Source of the DNA: the human T2T-CHM13v2.0 reference genome, Homo sapiens
DNA length: 64,000 bases
NCBI RefSeq assembly: GCF_009914755.1
Contig: NC_060939.1
Reading direction: 5' to 3' (one strand)
A program made the translations under genes and the position numbers. The notes under the pieces were generated by a model that saw nothing but the letters and a program-made list of their open reading frames with translations, ran no database searches and was not told the DNA's origin. Positions 44,224-58,860 of the stretch are shown piece after piece. The number at the start of each line of letters is the position of its first letter. Positions within the stretch are counted from its first letter, which is position 1.

Positions 44224-44599
44224 CCCTCCACTTGCCCAGTTGCTGTGCTGTTGCTGAAGCTCCATGAGGTCATTGGGAAGCAGCTGTGCCTAGGATTTGG
44301 GCTATGAAATAACACCTCTGATAAGTCAGTGCAAGCCCTGGAAAACAGGTAGGCAGAGTGACAGAAAGGTCTGAGAATTATCTCAAGGAAAGAATGACTC
44401 AAATATAAACCCATGGGCTTGTTTGGCAGGTATAAGAAATAAGCAAGTGTGCACTAGACCAGACTCTCCTCTCTCTCTCTTCTCTTTCTCCTCAATTCCT
44501 ACAAAATTGTGCATACCTTCTATGTATCTTTTTTTCATTATTTTATCCCCTATGTTTGCAAATATTTCTAAGTAACAACTATATTGAGGGAAAAAAAAT

Positions 44600-45640
44600 C
44601 AAGCCTTCTAATCATTCACTCAGTCTGCTTTTGAAGCTGCCATCTTAATTTTATCCTCAGATTCGCCACATGTACCAAAGGCTTCCTCTTCCTTAGCATA
44701 GATTTAAACTCTTACCAGATAAAAATCAAAAGGAAGATTGCCAAAGCCAGTGGCCTTTCCTCAGTCCTCACCCCCTCTGATTTCTCAGTAATATACCACA
44801 CTATTGCCTATACCCTGCCTCATTATATTTTTCATCAGAATTTCATAGTAGACCACCGTTCTATTGTTCAATTACCTGGTAGAATTACCTCTCTATGTCC
44901 TTTGGTGGAAATTCTTGATTGTGTCATTTTGACTTTCTATAACTTTTATTGTTGTGTCTTGGCAATTTATGTAACATTTGATTTATATGATGAGACACCC
45001 AATCTATATCTATAGTCCTGGTTGTTCCATATTTCTAATTTGTACCTAGGGATTTTACTCTTTAAGGCCATACTTTCCTTTACTTGCCAATACCTGCTAA
45101 CCATCATTCTCTAATTCTCTGTGCTATGGTTTTTCTAAAACATCTCTAGGTCTTCTCTCTCTCTCTCTTTTTTTTATTTTTATTTTTTTGAGACAGAGTC
45201 TCTCTCTGTTGCCCAGGCTGGAGCGGCACCATCTGGACTCACTGCAACCTCCACCTCACGGGTTGAAGTGATTCTCTTGCCTCAGCCTCCCCAGCAGCTG
45301 GGATTACAGGCACTCACCACCATACCTGGCTAATCTTTGTATTTTTAGTAGAGAAGGGGTTTCACTATGTTGGCCAGGTTGGTCTCGAACTCCTGACCTC
45401 GTGATTCGCCTGCCTCGGCCTCCCAACGTGCTGGGGAATTACAGGCATGAGCCACCGCACCCAGCCTGTTCTCTTTTTCAGTCTCCACAAAGAAGTAGTG
45501 TTTGTTCTTTCCATAATTATTTATCAAGTCTGCCTTCTTCTCTGTATTTTTTTCTGCTTTTTATCTTCTATACTCTTCTCTTGTGCATCCATAGTAATCT
45601 CCTAAGTGATCTGCTGCCTCCAATCTCACTCCTGTCAATC
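44600..45640 (+). mobile_element. L2 remnants (split by an Alu)
   Basis: TGCCAAAGCCAGTGG...TCAGTCCTCACC...TTTCTCAG; CCCAATCTATATCTATAGTCC. Confidence 0.55.
45167..45466 (-). mobile_element. Alu (AluSg-like)
   Basis: Antisense dimer, CTCCTGACCTCGTGAT. Confidence 0.93.
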
Positions 45641-45654
45641 AAATGTATAAACTG

Positions 45655-46070
45655 CTGTTTGAGGAAGAAAACAGCTTCATGTTATGTTGCATAAGAAACA
45701 AGTCCAGAATCTCATACCTTAAAATAACGAAGGCATATTTCTTATGTAAGCAGCATGTACTTAGCAGGCTTACAGCTGGGCTCTGCTCATCTTAGTCAAT
45801 CAGGAACCCCAGTAGATGAAGCACCCACCATCTTAAACATTGTCAGTTGCTGTGAATGAGAGAAAAGCAGGCACTGTTGGGTCTTGCATTGGCAACTGAA
45901 AGCTCCAGTATGGAACTTCCATGAATCAGTTTCACTCACAACTCATTGGCTCAAACTGACCATATGAATCCTTTAAGCTAATGCCAGGAAGGGCAATATT
46001 GCTGTGTGCCCAAGAGACAAGGCTGGAGATATCTGGTAAACCCGGTAAATGATTCTTCCACCCTACATAC
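45655..46070. mobile_element. Old ERVL-type LTR (LTR33-like)
   Basis: GGGCTCTGCTC...CAGGAACCC...ACCATCTTAAACATTG...CTCACAACTCATTGGC. Confidence 0.55.
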
Positions 46071-46654
46071 TCTACATCCATCTGTGGCTTTCTCAGAATA
46101 TCAAAAGAATAGATCATATAGCCAATAAGGCACAGATGCCGTGACACTTTTTTAGGGTGGATGATTCCACATAGGAGTGAATGTTCAAAATTAGCCTCTT
46201 AGGGATCAGAATTGAGATGTTGACCTCATTAGATCTAACCATATCACTATGGCTAATCAGAATACTGATATAGTTTTCTGATAGGGGCTTAATAAACAGA
46301 TATCTCATTAGTAAAATAAGAACTCGAAGGTGAGGGTTATCATGTAAGAAATATTATAATATCTTTTTACAAGAATATCTTAGGTAACAATTTAAATTAA
46401 TCTATAGAGTATCTTTGTATATTTCTAATATACGTTTACTACATAATAATTACTCCCTCATTTATAATCAACTTTAGGCATGTACACTCTCATTCTCACT
46501 AAAATGTTGGTTCATGAAGCTTGTCCTGTTTACCTTTGTATTCCTAGCAAATATTACAGCGCCCGGCACATAGCAGTTACTTTCTTTTGCTTAATGTTAA
46601 ATAAATCTGTTAGGGACATTAAAGAATAAGCCGACACAATACATTAAATATTGA

Positions 46655-46940
<286 letters not shown>

Positions 46941-48290
46941 GAAATGTTAGTGTATTAAACATTACATTTTTAAAGACATACACACAAGCATATATTCATA
47001 CCCCTACAACAAATGGGTCTGTGCAAAGAGAATAGAAGTATGTGCTGTTAGTTTTCCTAAATTTCAATTTTAGAATAACAAAAACAATTTTTTCATGAAG
47101 TTTTATTTTAATATTTTATTACTTCTCATCAACATTTTTTATCGACCAACAAGAAAGTTGGATCATGAGAAAACACCAAATTGGTGTAGAGCAAAAAGAG
47201 AAGCAATAATTGATTTGAAATCTGCAATTAGTTCCCAGGAGAAACGTACCTACATCTATATATGTGTATATATATATGTACATGTACACATATTCACACA
47301 CATTCCTTGGCATCCATGGTTCTAATTGGCTACTGAAAAAGATGATGATAAAATATGAAAATATAACTATGATGTAAAATTTATTTTTCTAAAAATGTAA
47401 ATTAGGAAGACAGGTGAGAAAATAGAGAAACATAAAATATTTTCACATTTATTTTCAAGAACATCACTTTCTTTTACATAAGTGTTTTATGCCTACATGT
47501 ATTCTTATGTTATTTTTTCTGTATTAGTTATAGAAAAGATGGGAAGAAATATTCAAAATTATTTATTCTCTTGGCATTTTAAAGTGGACAAAAACCTAGC
47601 AAATACCACAAAGTTCAAGAGAAATGGTGCTTGTGGGAGTTTCAGATCACTTTGCTAAGCTAATTAAGCCTGATATTTTGGACCAAGCTAAAGTACTTGA
47701 ACTTTGGGGTGGTTATTCACACCGAAACTTCAGCCTCATGGAAGTGCCTTACTAAATATTAGTGTTAGAAACTGCAATGTCTTATGGTGGCATTTGATAG
47801 AGCAGCTCTGGAAAAATGCCAGTCTAAACTGGGAAAAGCTTTTGATTATTTTTTTTAAGTAAATAAAACCCCAGAATGGATTTTCTTTCCAAGATGTGTT
47901 TTTGTTTTATCACAATGACCTTTCTAAGAAAAGATGAAGCCAGCCTCAGGTAAAAAGAAATGGCCACATTTCATCTACAGTTAGCCTCCGTGACCTCTGA
48001 ACTTGGTTTTTCTATCTGAACCTCTTTTCATGCACCATTTCTCCTGGTGTCTGATAAGGGACACTCAAGTGCTTGAGCAAGGCCAGACTGGAACTTTGAC
48101 TTTCATAAAATAGCCAGTAAACAAATTCTGTCCCTCTTTAATTGGTGATGTTATTCCTCTATATATTTTTTTCCAACACCACAGGAGGTTGATAAACTGC
48201 AGAATTCGGGACAGGAAAATGGAGCCATTAAATCAGGCTCATTACCAGTTGGAGATCCCCAGTTCTTATCTATGTTATGTTATACAAGTA

Positions 48291-48300
48291 TGTGTATATA

Positions 48301-48348
<48 letters not shown>
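48291..48348. repeat. (TG)n(TA)n(CA)n microsatellite
   Basis: Direct reading. Confidence 0.95.
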
Positions 48349-48489
48349 TACATGTATGTATGCACATACTCACATACACACAACCACACACTTCTGTGTG
48401 TTTACACACACGAGTGATATCATCTCATCTTTTTTTCCCCCTATCTCTAACACAAAAGTCAAGGGGTTTGGGAGCATGCACAAAAAAAG

Positions 48490-49200
48490 AGATTTCTAAG
48501 AGAGCAGGCGATTGGGCCAGGGTCATTCGAAAGGGTAATTATTGTTAAATGTCAGGTTAACTCTGAAGGCCTCAGCTCATCCAACTGAGAGCAGATTAGC
48601 CCAGATGGAGACATTTTCAACACGGTGCTGTCTGGCCAATCACAGACAGCTGGGATTAGCCAAATACCTTCTCTCATCTGCTTGCTCACAGAAAGGTCAG
48701 TTTCTGCTCATTGCTTCTCTTTTAAGATGTGTTTTTTTTTTTCCTTATTTATGGCAGCCGTGTGCAGGAAATCAGGTCTCTTTTATCAGTGAATTAAATA
48801 TTCAACATCTATAGCCCACTTTTTGAGAGTCAACTTCATTCACTTTCAAGACCACTTTTATCTTTCTTTAAGTGCTGAGGGTATACTGGGCGCATGTGCA
48901 CCGTGCATATTTTACCCCCAGCCCTCCCACCAGGCTGGAGGTCTGCCTGTCATGTTTTGCGTAGTTTTGAAAGCTTACTTGTTTCATTTCATGCATTTTC
49001 TTCTTTAAGGGCGGCGGTTTATGTTTCCTATCGTTTTCTTCATTAAAAGAAGAGGGGAAAATGAAACTAACCCTGGAGTGCTCTAAAAGATAATCTGTTT
49101 TTATGTATAGCTCTATCCCCCCCAAGCAACGTAAATGAGCACATGCATAAAAATCAGTGACAAAATGAACAGTAAGGGGAACAAAAATCATGGACTTGTG
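48490..49200. promoter_or_regulatory. Candidate enhancer
   Basis: Repeat-free; GATTGG and CCAATC boxes, CAGATG/CAGCTG E-boxes, GGATTA, TAATTA, TTTATGG, retained CpGs. Confidence 0.45.
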
Positions 49201-49816
49201 ATTCTTCAGACTGTGTGTGTGTGCCTATAGGTGTGTGCTTACACACACAAACACACATACCCATACACTGTAAATTATCCAGAGGAGGTACGTCAATATT
49301 TGCTGAATATAATAATTCACAGTTTGTAAATGAATATGTGTGTGTTCTTAGGATAAATATGTCATACCATTTCTATATGCCTCTTAAAATGTAGTTATTT
49401 TCCCATTTTAGAATGCAATCAATGTGAGACACTAGAACATACCCTCTGAAGAGTTTATCATAAAAGCTGAATAAGGACCTTGTGAGGAAACCCTCGTCTT
49501 GCTATTAATATGAACCTGTTTTCATTATTCTGCTTCAATCCTGCAATGTTTAATTCACTCCTGCTCCACCTCCTCCCACTGTTTTTATGAAAGTGAAGGT
49601 ATTTTGGAAACTAAGATAAAAATGATAGCTAAAACAAAGTCTTTTCTCTAGAAAATTTACTGCAGTTTTATAAAACAGTTGCTTTGAACAAATATTAGAA
49701 TAAGACACATGGGGCAATCATTAATCATAATTATTTCCTTTTAAGAATAGGTGCTATGGTTAAGCTTCATTAACCATTTATTCTGTGGTAATAAACAAGG
49801 AAATATTTTTAAACCT

Positions 49817-50820
49817 CTAGAACCTAGCACCCAGATCTTGGTTTTTAATATCATTCTCCAATAAAAAGAATCAGGTTTCCTTGGAGAAATGGCTATTTCA
49901 AGGACTAGGGCACACACAAGATCAGCCTGTAGTGCTAGAAAGAAAGGAAATACAACCCACATTGATGGAGGCACGTGAAAGGGGCACAGAAGCCAACTGA
50001 TAGAGAGACCAACAGCCAAAGCTGAAATAATTTGTGAAATGAAATAAAGTAACACTGGATTAGAACTCAAAGCATAAGATAAATACCCATGACTCTACTG
50101 ATATAAATAAACCAATAGGAGAGAATAGACCAATCTCCCATGAAGAAGAATGTATGTAGATACATCACCCTCAGGAGGGGGAGCGTACGCGTATGTGTGC
50201 ATAGCAACTTCCTTTCATAAGTGTAGTATAAACATGGTGGAAAATCAGCAACTTTACAGTGAAGAAGCTTGACAAACTGTAGCCCTGTGAACAAGGTTAA
50301 CATTAGCAGTGCTAAGTTATATTGACAGTACATATCCTTGATACAATATGATGAGGATGGCAATTTACATCTGTGTTCTTCCTACCAAATTCACACAACC
50401 CCACTTTAATGATGAGAAAAAGAACCCAAAACAAAACATTAGAAAAATCCCAACTGAGGATAATTCTACAAAATATTTGACCAGTATTCCTAAAAACTGT
50501 CAGGGTCATCAAAAGCAAGGGAAGCGGAGAAGTTGGCCTAATTCAAAGGAGCCCGTGGAAAAATGATGGTTAAGTGTAAGTGGAACCCTAGAACACAACA
50601 AGAACATTAGGAAAAAACTGGGGAAACCTGAATAAAGTACAGACTTTAGTTAATAATAATGTCTCAGTGTTGGTTCATTGACTATGACAGATGTACTTAT
50701 ATACATAGTCATTCATATAAGACGATAATAATAGGGAAACTGGGAATGAAATGCATGGGAACTTTATGCAGTAGTTCTTAATTCTGTAAGTCTAAAACTG
50801 TTAGGAAATCAAACAATTAT
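49817..50820 (+). mobile_element. L1MC/L1MD 3' end
   Basis: CCCAGATCTTGGTTTTTAATATCATTCTCCAATAAAAAGAATCAGG...TGAATAAAGTACAGACTTTAGTTAATAAT...CTGTAAGTCTAAAACT. Confidence 0.85.
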
Positions 50821-51420
50821 TAAGTGAAATCTAGTTTAATATCCTGAAAAATGAATTCAAATCACATCACATGCTTATATTTCCAGTACTTTCAAAATAC
50901 ATAAATATTCACATTGCATTGGAAGGAAACAAATTATTAGGTTCCTTGAAATAAAAATGGAGGGTTGAAGAGCTATCCTGAGATTTCAAAGGAGGAAATA
51001 AAGCAAAGCTTTTAAAAATATCAAATCATAAATCTCTTCATCGATAAACGGACTCAAGCTCCAAACAATGTGTTTCCTCAGAAATGTTGATTCCAGCTAA
51101 TACAATCCACTCTCACCGGGCTCCCATGAATTGAGTTTCCCTCCTCCACTCCACTCTGGGTTTGAACCTGAAGTTTTACCTCCATGGGGCTTCAGTCCAA
51201 AAGGCTAGACCTAGGAAATGCAGAAGGAGTTAATATTGCACAAACATTCCCGTTAAATGCGGCCTTTTAAACGTTGGCACTAATAGTACAAAATACATAA
51301 TGCCAGGAGACCATATAGATAATGCAGAAACATGCCAATAAACATAAGAAGGGATCTCAATTATCAAAGTAGTACAGGTAAAAGCACTTTAGATTTAGAG
51401 GACATTAATATCTCAATGCT

Positions 51421-51736
51421 TTATTTTATTTTATTTTATTTTATTTATTTTTTGAGATGAAATCTTGCTCTTGTTGCCCAGGTTGGAGTGCAATGGCACG
51501 ATCTCAGCTCACTGCAACCTCCACCTCCTAGGCTCAAGGGATTCTTCTGACTCAACCTCCTGAGTAGCTGGGATTACGGGCACCTGCCACCATGCCTGGC
51601 TAATATTTGTATTCTTAGTAGAGATGGGGTTTCACCACGTTGGTCAGTCTGGTCTCGAACTTCTGTCCTCAGGTGATCTGCCTGCCTTGGCCTCCCAAAG
51701 TGCTGGGATTATAGGCATAAGCCACCGCACCTGGCC
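51421..51736 (-). mobile_element. Alu (AluSq-like)
   Basis: CTCTTGTTGCCC diagnostic; TSD TATCTCAATGCTTTA (51409-51423, 51737-51751). Confidence 0.95.
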
Positions 51737-53092
51737 TATCTCAATGCTTTACACATTTATGGGTATACATAACTTTCATGACAAATTTCAACAAATTATT
51801 TCTCATTTCATTAATTTGAGTTGTGCTTCCAATTGTTATACTTGCTTAATTACTAAGTGTATATTTTCTATGGACTCCACATTTTCTAAATATCTTCAGG
51901 TAGCTTTTTCTCACGAGTTGTCAAATGTGAATAAATGCTAATGTCCCTAAGACAAATTTACTTCTAACTCTAAATTGTAGTGGATATAATGGTCCTTTCG
52001 GTTACCTTTAGTTTTCAGACCTAAAAATGCATTTGGCTGTTTTTGATTTTTTTTGGAAGGGGATGAGGTTCCTTGCCAAATTAACATACAGAAATTAAAG
52101 CACATATAACCATGATGTTACAAAACTTGAGGTCTTTAAGACCTTTATCTTAATGGCATTTGAGTAACAGTAGAAATTCAAAATCTCAGAATAGGAGTTT
52201 ACTTGGACAATGTCTGTAAGAGAGCTGGGTAGGAGGTTCACAAAAGAAATAGAAAATTCCTGAGTTTGCCCATTGCTCTTTTGTAGCAAAAGAAAACCAC
52301 AGAGAAATATCTTTTAAGGCAATAAAAGGAAGGTGTCTTCTAGTAGAGACATATTTCAATTGTTATTGTTTTCTGAACTGACTGGGTGATGCCAGATAAT
52401 AATGGTGATATTTTTGACAGTGTCTTATTTATGTGTCTCTGAGTTTGTGTATGAGTGTGGGTAAGTGTAGGTACTGCACAAGTCAGAGTAACATTTAAGG
52501 TTAATATGGTTGAAATGAATTTGTTTACTCCCCAGTTGCATTGATTTCTAGATTCCTGTAAAATGACTAAATTGTTCACCCATTACAGAGCTTATTTACA
52601 GAGGAAGCCGGATATAAATGAAAAAAAAAAAAAAAAGAGGATTACAAAAATAAGAATCTGAAGGAAGAATTGAGGTCAGTTTTGTTTTTTGAACCTCTCA
52701 AATTTTGCTGAAAGTTGTTGAGTAAAATTTACATTAATTTATTGGAGAAATAATTTAATATATAAAAGTATTCAAGCAGTTAGCCTTTCTAATGCTAATC
52801 TGTATATCGATGGAGTTGAATTCACTTAATATGGGAGTCGAATTTCTGCAAGACTTTGCTTAAGATTGTATTGGTTTGCAATCTGAGCTTAAAGTAATCA
52901 TCTGTAAAACTAAAAGGCAGTGGAAACTGACTGGCTTTGACTGGCATAGCTATGCTATTATTTTGATTTCAGAAATTCATATGAAGACTAATTTATGTAA
53001 GTGCTTGAAGCAGCCTGATGGGTCCCAGAGCAAACCGTGCATCTAACCCCACAGATTTACTGAACACACACTATACAGCAAACCACTTACAG

Positions 53093-53410
53093 CAGCCGTC
53101 CCTAACCTTTTTGGCACCAGGAATGGTTTCATGGAAGACAATTTTTCCATGGACGAGGAGGGGAAAAGGTTTTCTGGATGAAACTCTTCCACCTTAGATC
53201 ATCAGGCAGTCGATGGAGCAGGCAGCCTAGATCCCTGGCATGTGCAGTTCACAATAGGGTTCTATGAGAATCCAATGCGCTGCTGCTGATCGGACAGGAG
53301 GCGGAGCTCGGGTGGTAATGCCCGCTGGCACGCTGCTCACCTCCTGCTGCGCGGCCTGGTTCCTATTGGTCTTTGGTACTGATCAATGGCCCAGGGGTTT
53401 GGGACCCCTG
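53093..53410. mobile_element. MER1B (hAT-Charlie), complete
   Basis: TIR-like CAGCCGTCCC / GGGACCCCTG; 8-bp TSD ACTTACAG/ACTTATAG. Confidence 0.92.
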
Positions 53411-54189
53411 ACTTATAGGTATTGAAAAAATAGAAAAATTCATTTTGCCTCCAAGAGACTTAAAGCATGTTCTGTGTTTTTGCGCCATTCATAAAACTTG
53501 CCATTTATGCATTAATTGCTTAATTAATCATGTCATACTTGCCCATCTCTGTAGGTTATATGCTCCCAGATAGCAAACTTCATTCTATCCTTATCTCCAG
53601 TCCTAGCAGTGTCTAGCACATAGTAAATATTTCAAAAGTAGTTGCCTGAATTAGAAGAAGAATAAGTGAATGGGAGACTGCTGGTTGCAAACACAATATA
53701 TGTTCTCCCTTTTTTCTTTGCTATTGAAATCTTGCACAGTAGTTCACTGGAAATACATTTCCTAGCCTTTCTTCTAGCTTCTAGTTGGTTGAGGAGCTTC
53801 TGGGAATCTTCCCTTTGCTCCTTTTTGCCCTGCCAGTCCTGGTTCTTGCTTCCAGTTTGATGATTTAGCAACCTACCTGGCACTCCACAGATACCCGGGA
53901 GCTGGATATGAAAGCCAAGTTCTATGGATGATGAAACAAAAAGACGAGTCACAGGACCCTGACAGTACCAGAGAGCCCCCAACCAACAGGGAAGGGCCTC
54001 TTTCCAGACTTCTCTAGAATAATAGACAAATAAGCTTCTCTCTTATTTAAACTACTACTATTTTCTGTCTCTGTTACCAGTAGCTCACCACCAATTCTTC
54101 TAGTTCATTCAGACCACTGTAAGTTTCTATTGCCAATAACTAGATATGTGTGGCAGATAAATTAATCCAAGTAAGAATAGTGTGTTATA

Positions 54190-54620
54190 CCGTTCACAAT
54201 AGCAAAGACATGGAATCAACCCAAATGCCCATCAATGATAGACTGGATAAAGAAAATGTGATACATATAACCATGGAATATTATGCAGCCATAAGAAGCA
54301 ATGAGATCATGTCCTTTGCAGGGACGTGGATGAAGTTGAAAGCCATTATTCTCAGCGAACTAATGCAAGAACAGAAAACCAAATACCATATGTCCTCACT
54401 CATAAGTGTGAGCTGAACCATGAGAACACATGGACACAGGGAGCACAACAACACACACTAGGGCCTGTGGAGCAGGGCAAGGAGAGCATCAGGAAAAATA
54501 GCTAGTGCATGCTGGGCTCAATACGTAGGTGATGGGTTGATAGGTGCAGCAAACAACCATGGCACATGTTTACTTACGTAACAAACCTGCACAGGTACCC
54601 TGGAACTTAAAAAAAAAAAA
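54190..54620 (+). mobile_element. 5'-truncated L1PA (older primate subfamily) with poly-A
   Basis: ORF2 C-terminal motifs (TMEYYAAIRSNEIMSFAGTWMKL), 3'UTR, A tail; degenerate ~17-bp TSD at 54173-54189 / 54621-54637. Confidence 0.93.
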
Positions 54621-54689
54621 AAGGATAGTATGTAATAGTGTATTATTTATTTCCCCCACTGTTAAAGACCTTTTCTGCTTGGGTTCAAT

Positions 54690-54893
54690 CAGTGGTTTTC
54701 AACTGGGAGTAATATGCCCCCAGCCCCCCAGGATACCTGGCAATGTCTGGAGATGTGTGGTTATCACAACTGTCATCGAATGGGTCTCTAACCAGACATG
54801 CTACTAATGTCTTACAGTGCATAGGACAGAGCCCTACCACAAAAAAAATCCTCTGAACCAAAATGTTACTAGTGCCGGGATTTAGAAACCCTG
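54690..54893. mobile_element. MER20
   Basis: CAGTGGTTTTCAACTGGG...TGGCAATGTCTGGAGA...AGAAACCCTG. Confidence 0.88.
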
Positions 54894-55404
54894 GGTGAAA
54901 TCTCGTGGCAACTTATTTGTTGCCTACACAGTTCATTTAACCATTAACTTTTAATTTTTTGTTAATTGTAAGTCTTTGTTGACTTTGTCTACATGGAAAA
55001 TGTAGATTTTTCTCCTCAAATCATGAAATAATGTTTACTAAATAAAGGTATATTTTACTTTGGGTGATTAGATGGGGGGTGGGGATAACAGGCAAAGTAC
55101 TGGCAGATGAATTCTCTTACATAAAAATAGTGATATGAGGAAACACAGCAAAGCGCCAAATAATTTAAATGGATCAATGGTACACGAACCCAACAGTTGA
55201 GAAAACCGTGTTGCAGAGTGAACTAAAGATGATTATGCAGCTTAGAAAACTTTTGATTGGAAATGAAGCTATAGTTGAATTGGAAATTGGCATATTGGAG
55301 TAATAGCTCCTCTATGGGAAAGTGAGTGAAGCTGAAAAAAGTTCTTGTAAGAAACCCCATCTATAAGACTTCCTCATTTTCCCCTTCGATCCAATGATGG
55401 AAAA

Positions 55405-55506
55405 GAGAAACAAAAAAAGGGAAGGAAGGAAGGAAAGAAACGAAGGAGGGAGGGAGGAAGGAATGACAGAAAGAAGAAAGGAAGGAAGGGAGGGAAAGAA
55501 GGAAGA
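55405..55506. repeat. Purine-rich (GGAA/GGGA)n low-complexity tract
   Basis: Direct reading. Confidence 0.9.
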
Positions 55507-56588
55507 AACAATTATCTGGTATTAAAAAGTAACCGAACCTATGAGTAATAATACAAACCAAAATTAAACTAAATAAGAAAAAAATACACAAAACCAACTT
55601 CAAGTACAGAGTGACTCTGTACTTTCCGGCAAAATAAAACCTCACCTAGCATTAAACAGTTAATATTTATAGGTAAGTTTATAATCATTGCTATCAGCAG
55701 AAAATGCCAAGATAATCCAATTGCCATCACTTTAACCAAAGCCTATGTCCTAAACCTTGTAATTTTCTGCTGTCATGCTCAGCCACTTTCAACACATTTA
55801 AATTAGAAAGGACTATGCTAATTTTGCTTCATAGCCAGGGTAATTGTTGTAAGACATAATTATCTTTTTTTTCCCCCAGTCGTTTTATTCTCCAGTTTTG
55901 TTTAAATTCAGTCTCAGTTACCTCATGTCCTTTTAAGCCTGAGCCACCTCCGGCCCCCACCCTGCTGGAAATACTCCTTTCATCTTCTTTAGCTATAAAG
56001 AGCTTAGATGTCCTTTTCCAATAGCTATGTTATTCTTCTGTGATCTTCCTGAGGAATAGTGTGTGAGTCTAAGTTGGTGAGTTAACTCTATATTTAATTT
56101 TAAAAGGCTGCCCTTTATTTTTCTTATATTAATGCTTAACATACCGCAGAATTGACTTAAGAAAAAGTGAATGGATGACAGTTGAAACATTTGAAAAGAG
56201 ATATGGGAAGTGGGGCGGGATTATTGCTGCTTTAAAATACTTGGAAGTTAGAAGAGATTTCTATAGCTTCAGTGGACTAAACTGGGCAAATGAGTGGAAT
56301 GAGCAGGGAGGAATATTTTGTCTCCAAATAAGAAAAGAATTCCAGCCGCTGAAGCTGGAGTGGGATTCCTTATGAAGCAGTGAAGTTCAGCACTAGCAAT
56401 ATTAACCCTCTGGTTAGGGACTGCCAAACTTAGAGGGAAAAGAGACTGGCAAGCTTCCTGCTTTGTATAGGCCAAGAATAAGGAACTGTGCAAAAGTAAG
56501 GTTGATATTGATTAGATAGAACCAAAACTGATCAAAGGGGAAAATAGATTCGTAAGGACTAAATAATATTTTACCGGTCGATGGGTGG

Positions 56589-57135
56589 TGTATTAGTAAG
56601 GGTTCTCTACAGGGACAGAGCTAACAGGATAGATGTATATATTAGGGAAAGTTTATTAAGGAGAATTGACTCACACCATCTCAAGATGAAGTCCCACAAT
56701 AGGCCATCAGCAAGCTGAGGAGCAAGGAAGCCAGTCCGAGTCCCAAAACCTCAAAAGTAGAGTAGGCCACAGTGCAGGCTTCAGTCTGTGGCCGAAGGCC
56801 TGAGAGCCCCTTGCAAACCACTGGTTAAGTCCCAGAGTCCAAAAGCTGAAGAACTTGGAGTCTGATGTTCAAGGGCAGGAAGCATCCAGCACGGGAGAAA
56901 GATGGAGGTGAGAAGACTCAGCAAGTTGGCTTCACCTACCTTCTTCTGCCTGCTTTATTCTAGCAGTGCTGGCAACTGATTAGATGGTGCCCACTCAGAT
57001 TGAAGGTGGGTCTGCCTCTCCCAGCCCACTGACTCAAATGTTAATCTCTTAGGCAACACCCTCACAGACACACCCAGGAACAATACTTTGAATCCTTCAT
57101 TCCTATCAAGTTGACACTTAATATTAACCATCACA
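56589..57135 (-). mobile_element. MLT2A-type (HERV-L) solo LTR
   Basis: TGTATTAGTAAGGGTTCTCT...GTCCCACAATAGGCC...AAGTTGACACTTAATATTAACCATCACA; perfect TSD GGTGG. Confidence 0.95.
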
Positions 57136-57442
57136 GGTGGGTATCTTCTGTTTTAGCACTGGATCTAAGAGAAGAGATGAGTCTTTAAATGCTCAATCAT
57201 CTATGAAATCTATACCAGATAAATTCACCTCTATTTTTCCAGTGACTGCCTTCAAATTCTTTCTAGTGATCTGCAGTGTCCCTAGCCTAAAACATCCTAA
57301 GCTACCTGTCTCCTGACAAGTAAGCCACCCTCAACCCCATCAGGAAGAAGAGTGTCATTGTTTGCATTGCTTTAAGATCCTGAACAGGTTGACTTGTGGC
57401 ATGTCATAAGCTTATCATTTACTTTAATGTTTAAAATAATCA

Positions 57443-57760
<318 letters not shown>

Positions 57761-58815
57761 TCATGAGGAGTCCAAGTCCGTGTTAAGTTTCCTGCTATTT
57801 ATAGATCCAGCATCAAGGCGAACATGCACATGGCATTACTGCTGAGAGCCCCTGCTCCTCGGTGAGCTTTGCCCCTCCCTCTAGTGTTCGTTTGAATGCT
57901 GCCGGAGTTTGAGTTGGAGTAAAGGGTACAAATGCAAGGACAGAGAGCCACTGATTAGTCATTGAAGCCCCGAATCAATCCCTGGATGGCTCTGAACATG
58001 CCAACATATGCCGTTTGTTGTCTCATGGTATTAAGAGAGACCCGGACAAAGAGGGAATTCAGCTCAGTCTGGAGATCTCAGAAGGTTCTTGTCTTTGCAA
58101 AACACATTTAAAAATGTGTTCAAGTTAAGTTCCACAACCTAAAATCATGTTCAGTATACATATGCAGCCAGCAAGCACACATGGACTTTCACATGCATTT
58201 ATTTAAGGCCATGTACATTATTAGCTTAGTATTTAGATAAACACATTGTAGTTAATGTATTTTTTTAAAAGTGGAAGCATTTTCTGGATCTCTTGAAATT
58301 AGTACTTTATCCCTGTGGTTATTGGCAAATAGGATGCAGGCATAAACTTGGGGAACTGACTTGGAAAAGAGAAAATCTGCTGTTTTTCAGACTGTTATTA
58401 AAGGCCCTGGCAAGTTACTCTTCCTCTGCTGCTATACCTCAGTTTCCTCACCTGTATAATGGGGGTGAAACCATTGCTTTCTACCTCTCAAGAGTGTCTT
58501 GAAGATTTATGAGACCAGTTTCCTAAAGCGTCGTGAACTTCTTGAGAAAAGATACTGTGAAAAATAAAGCGTCATTTTTCATTTTGTTCTGGGACAGGAC
58601 CCTTGAGGGGGACCCTGAAAAAGAACAAATAGAGTCATTCTTATGGGAGACAAGAGAGAAATGTTCTCTTCTGAAATCTCAAATTCAGCAGAAAACAAGA
58701 TTGCTGAAGACCCTGGTGAAGTTTTGTCTTTAAAACACTCTTTGTATGCACTTTCCCCTGTGTTTGACATCCTGGTTTGTTATAATATCAACTCTATAGG
58801 TAACAGAGCACATGC

Positions 58816-58829
58816 TGTGTGTGTGTGTG

Positions 58830-58860
<31 letters not shown>
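58816..58860. repeat. Interrupted (TG)n microsatellite
   Basis: Direct reading. Confidence 0.95.

Noticed and set aside
54150-54416. ORF with recognisable protein motifs
   Set aside because: C-terminus of L1 ORF2 in a 5'-truncated copy
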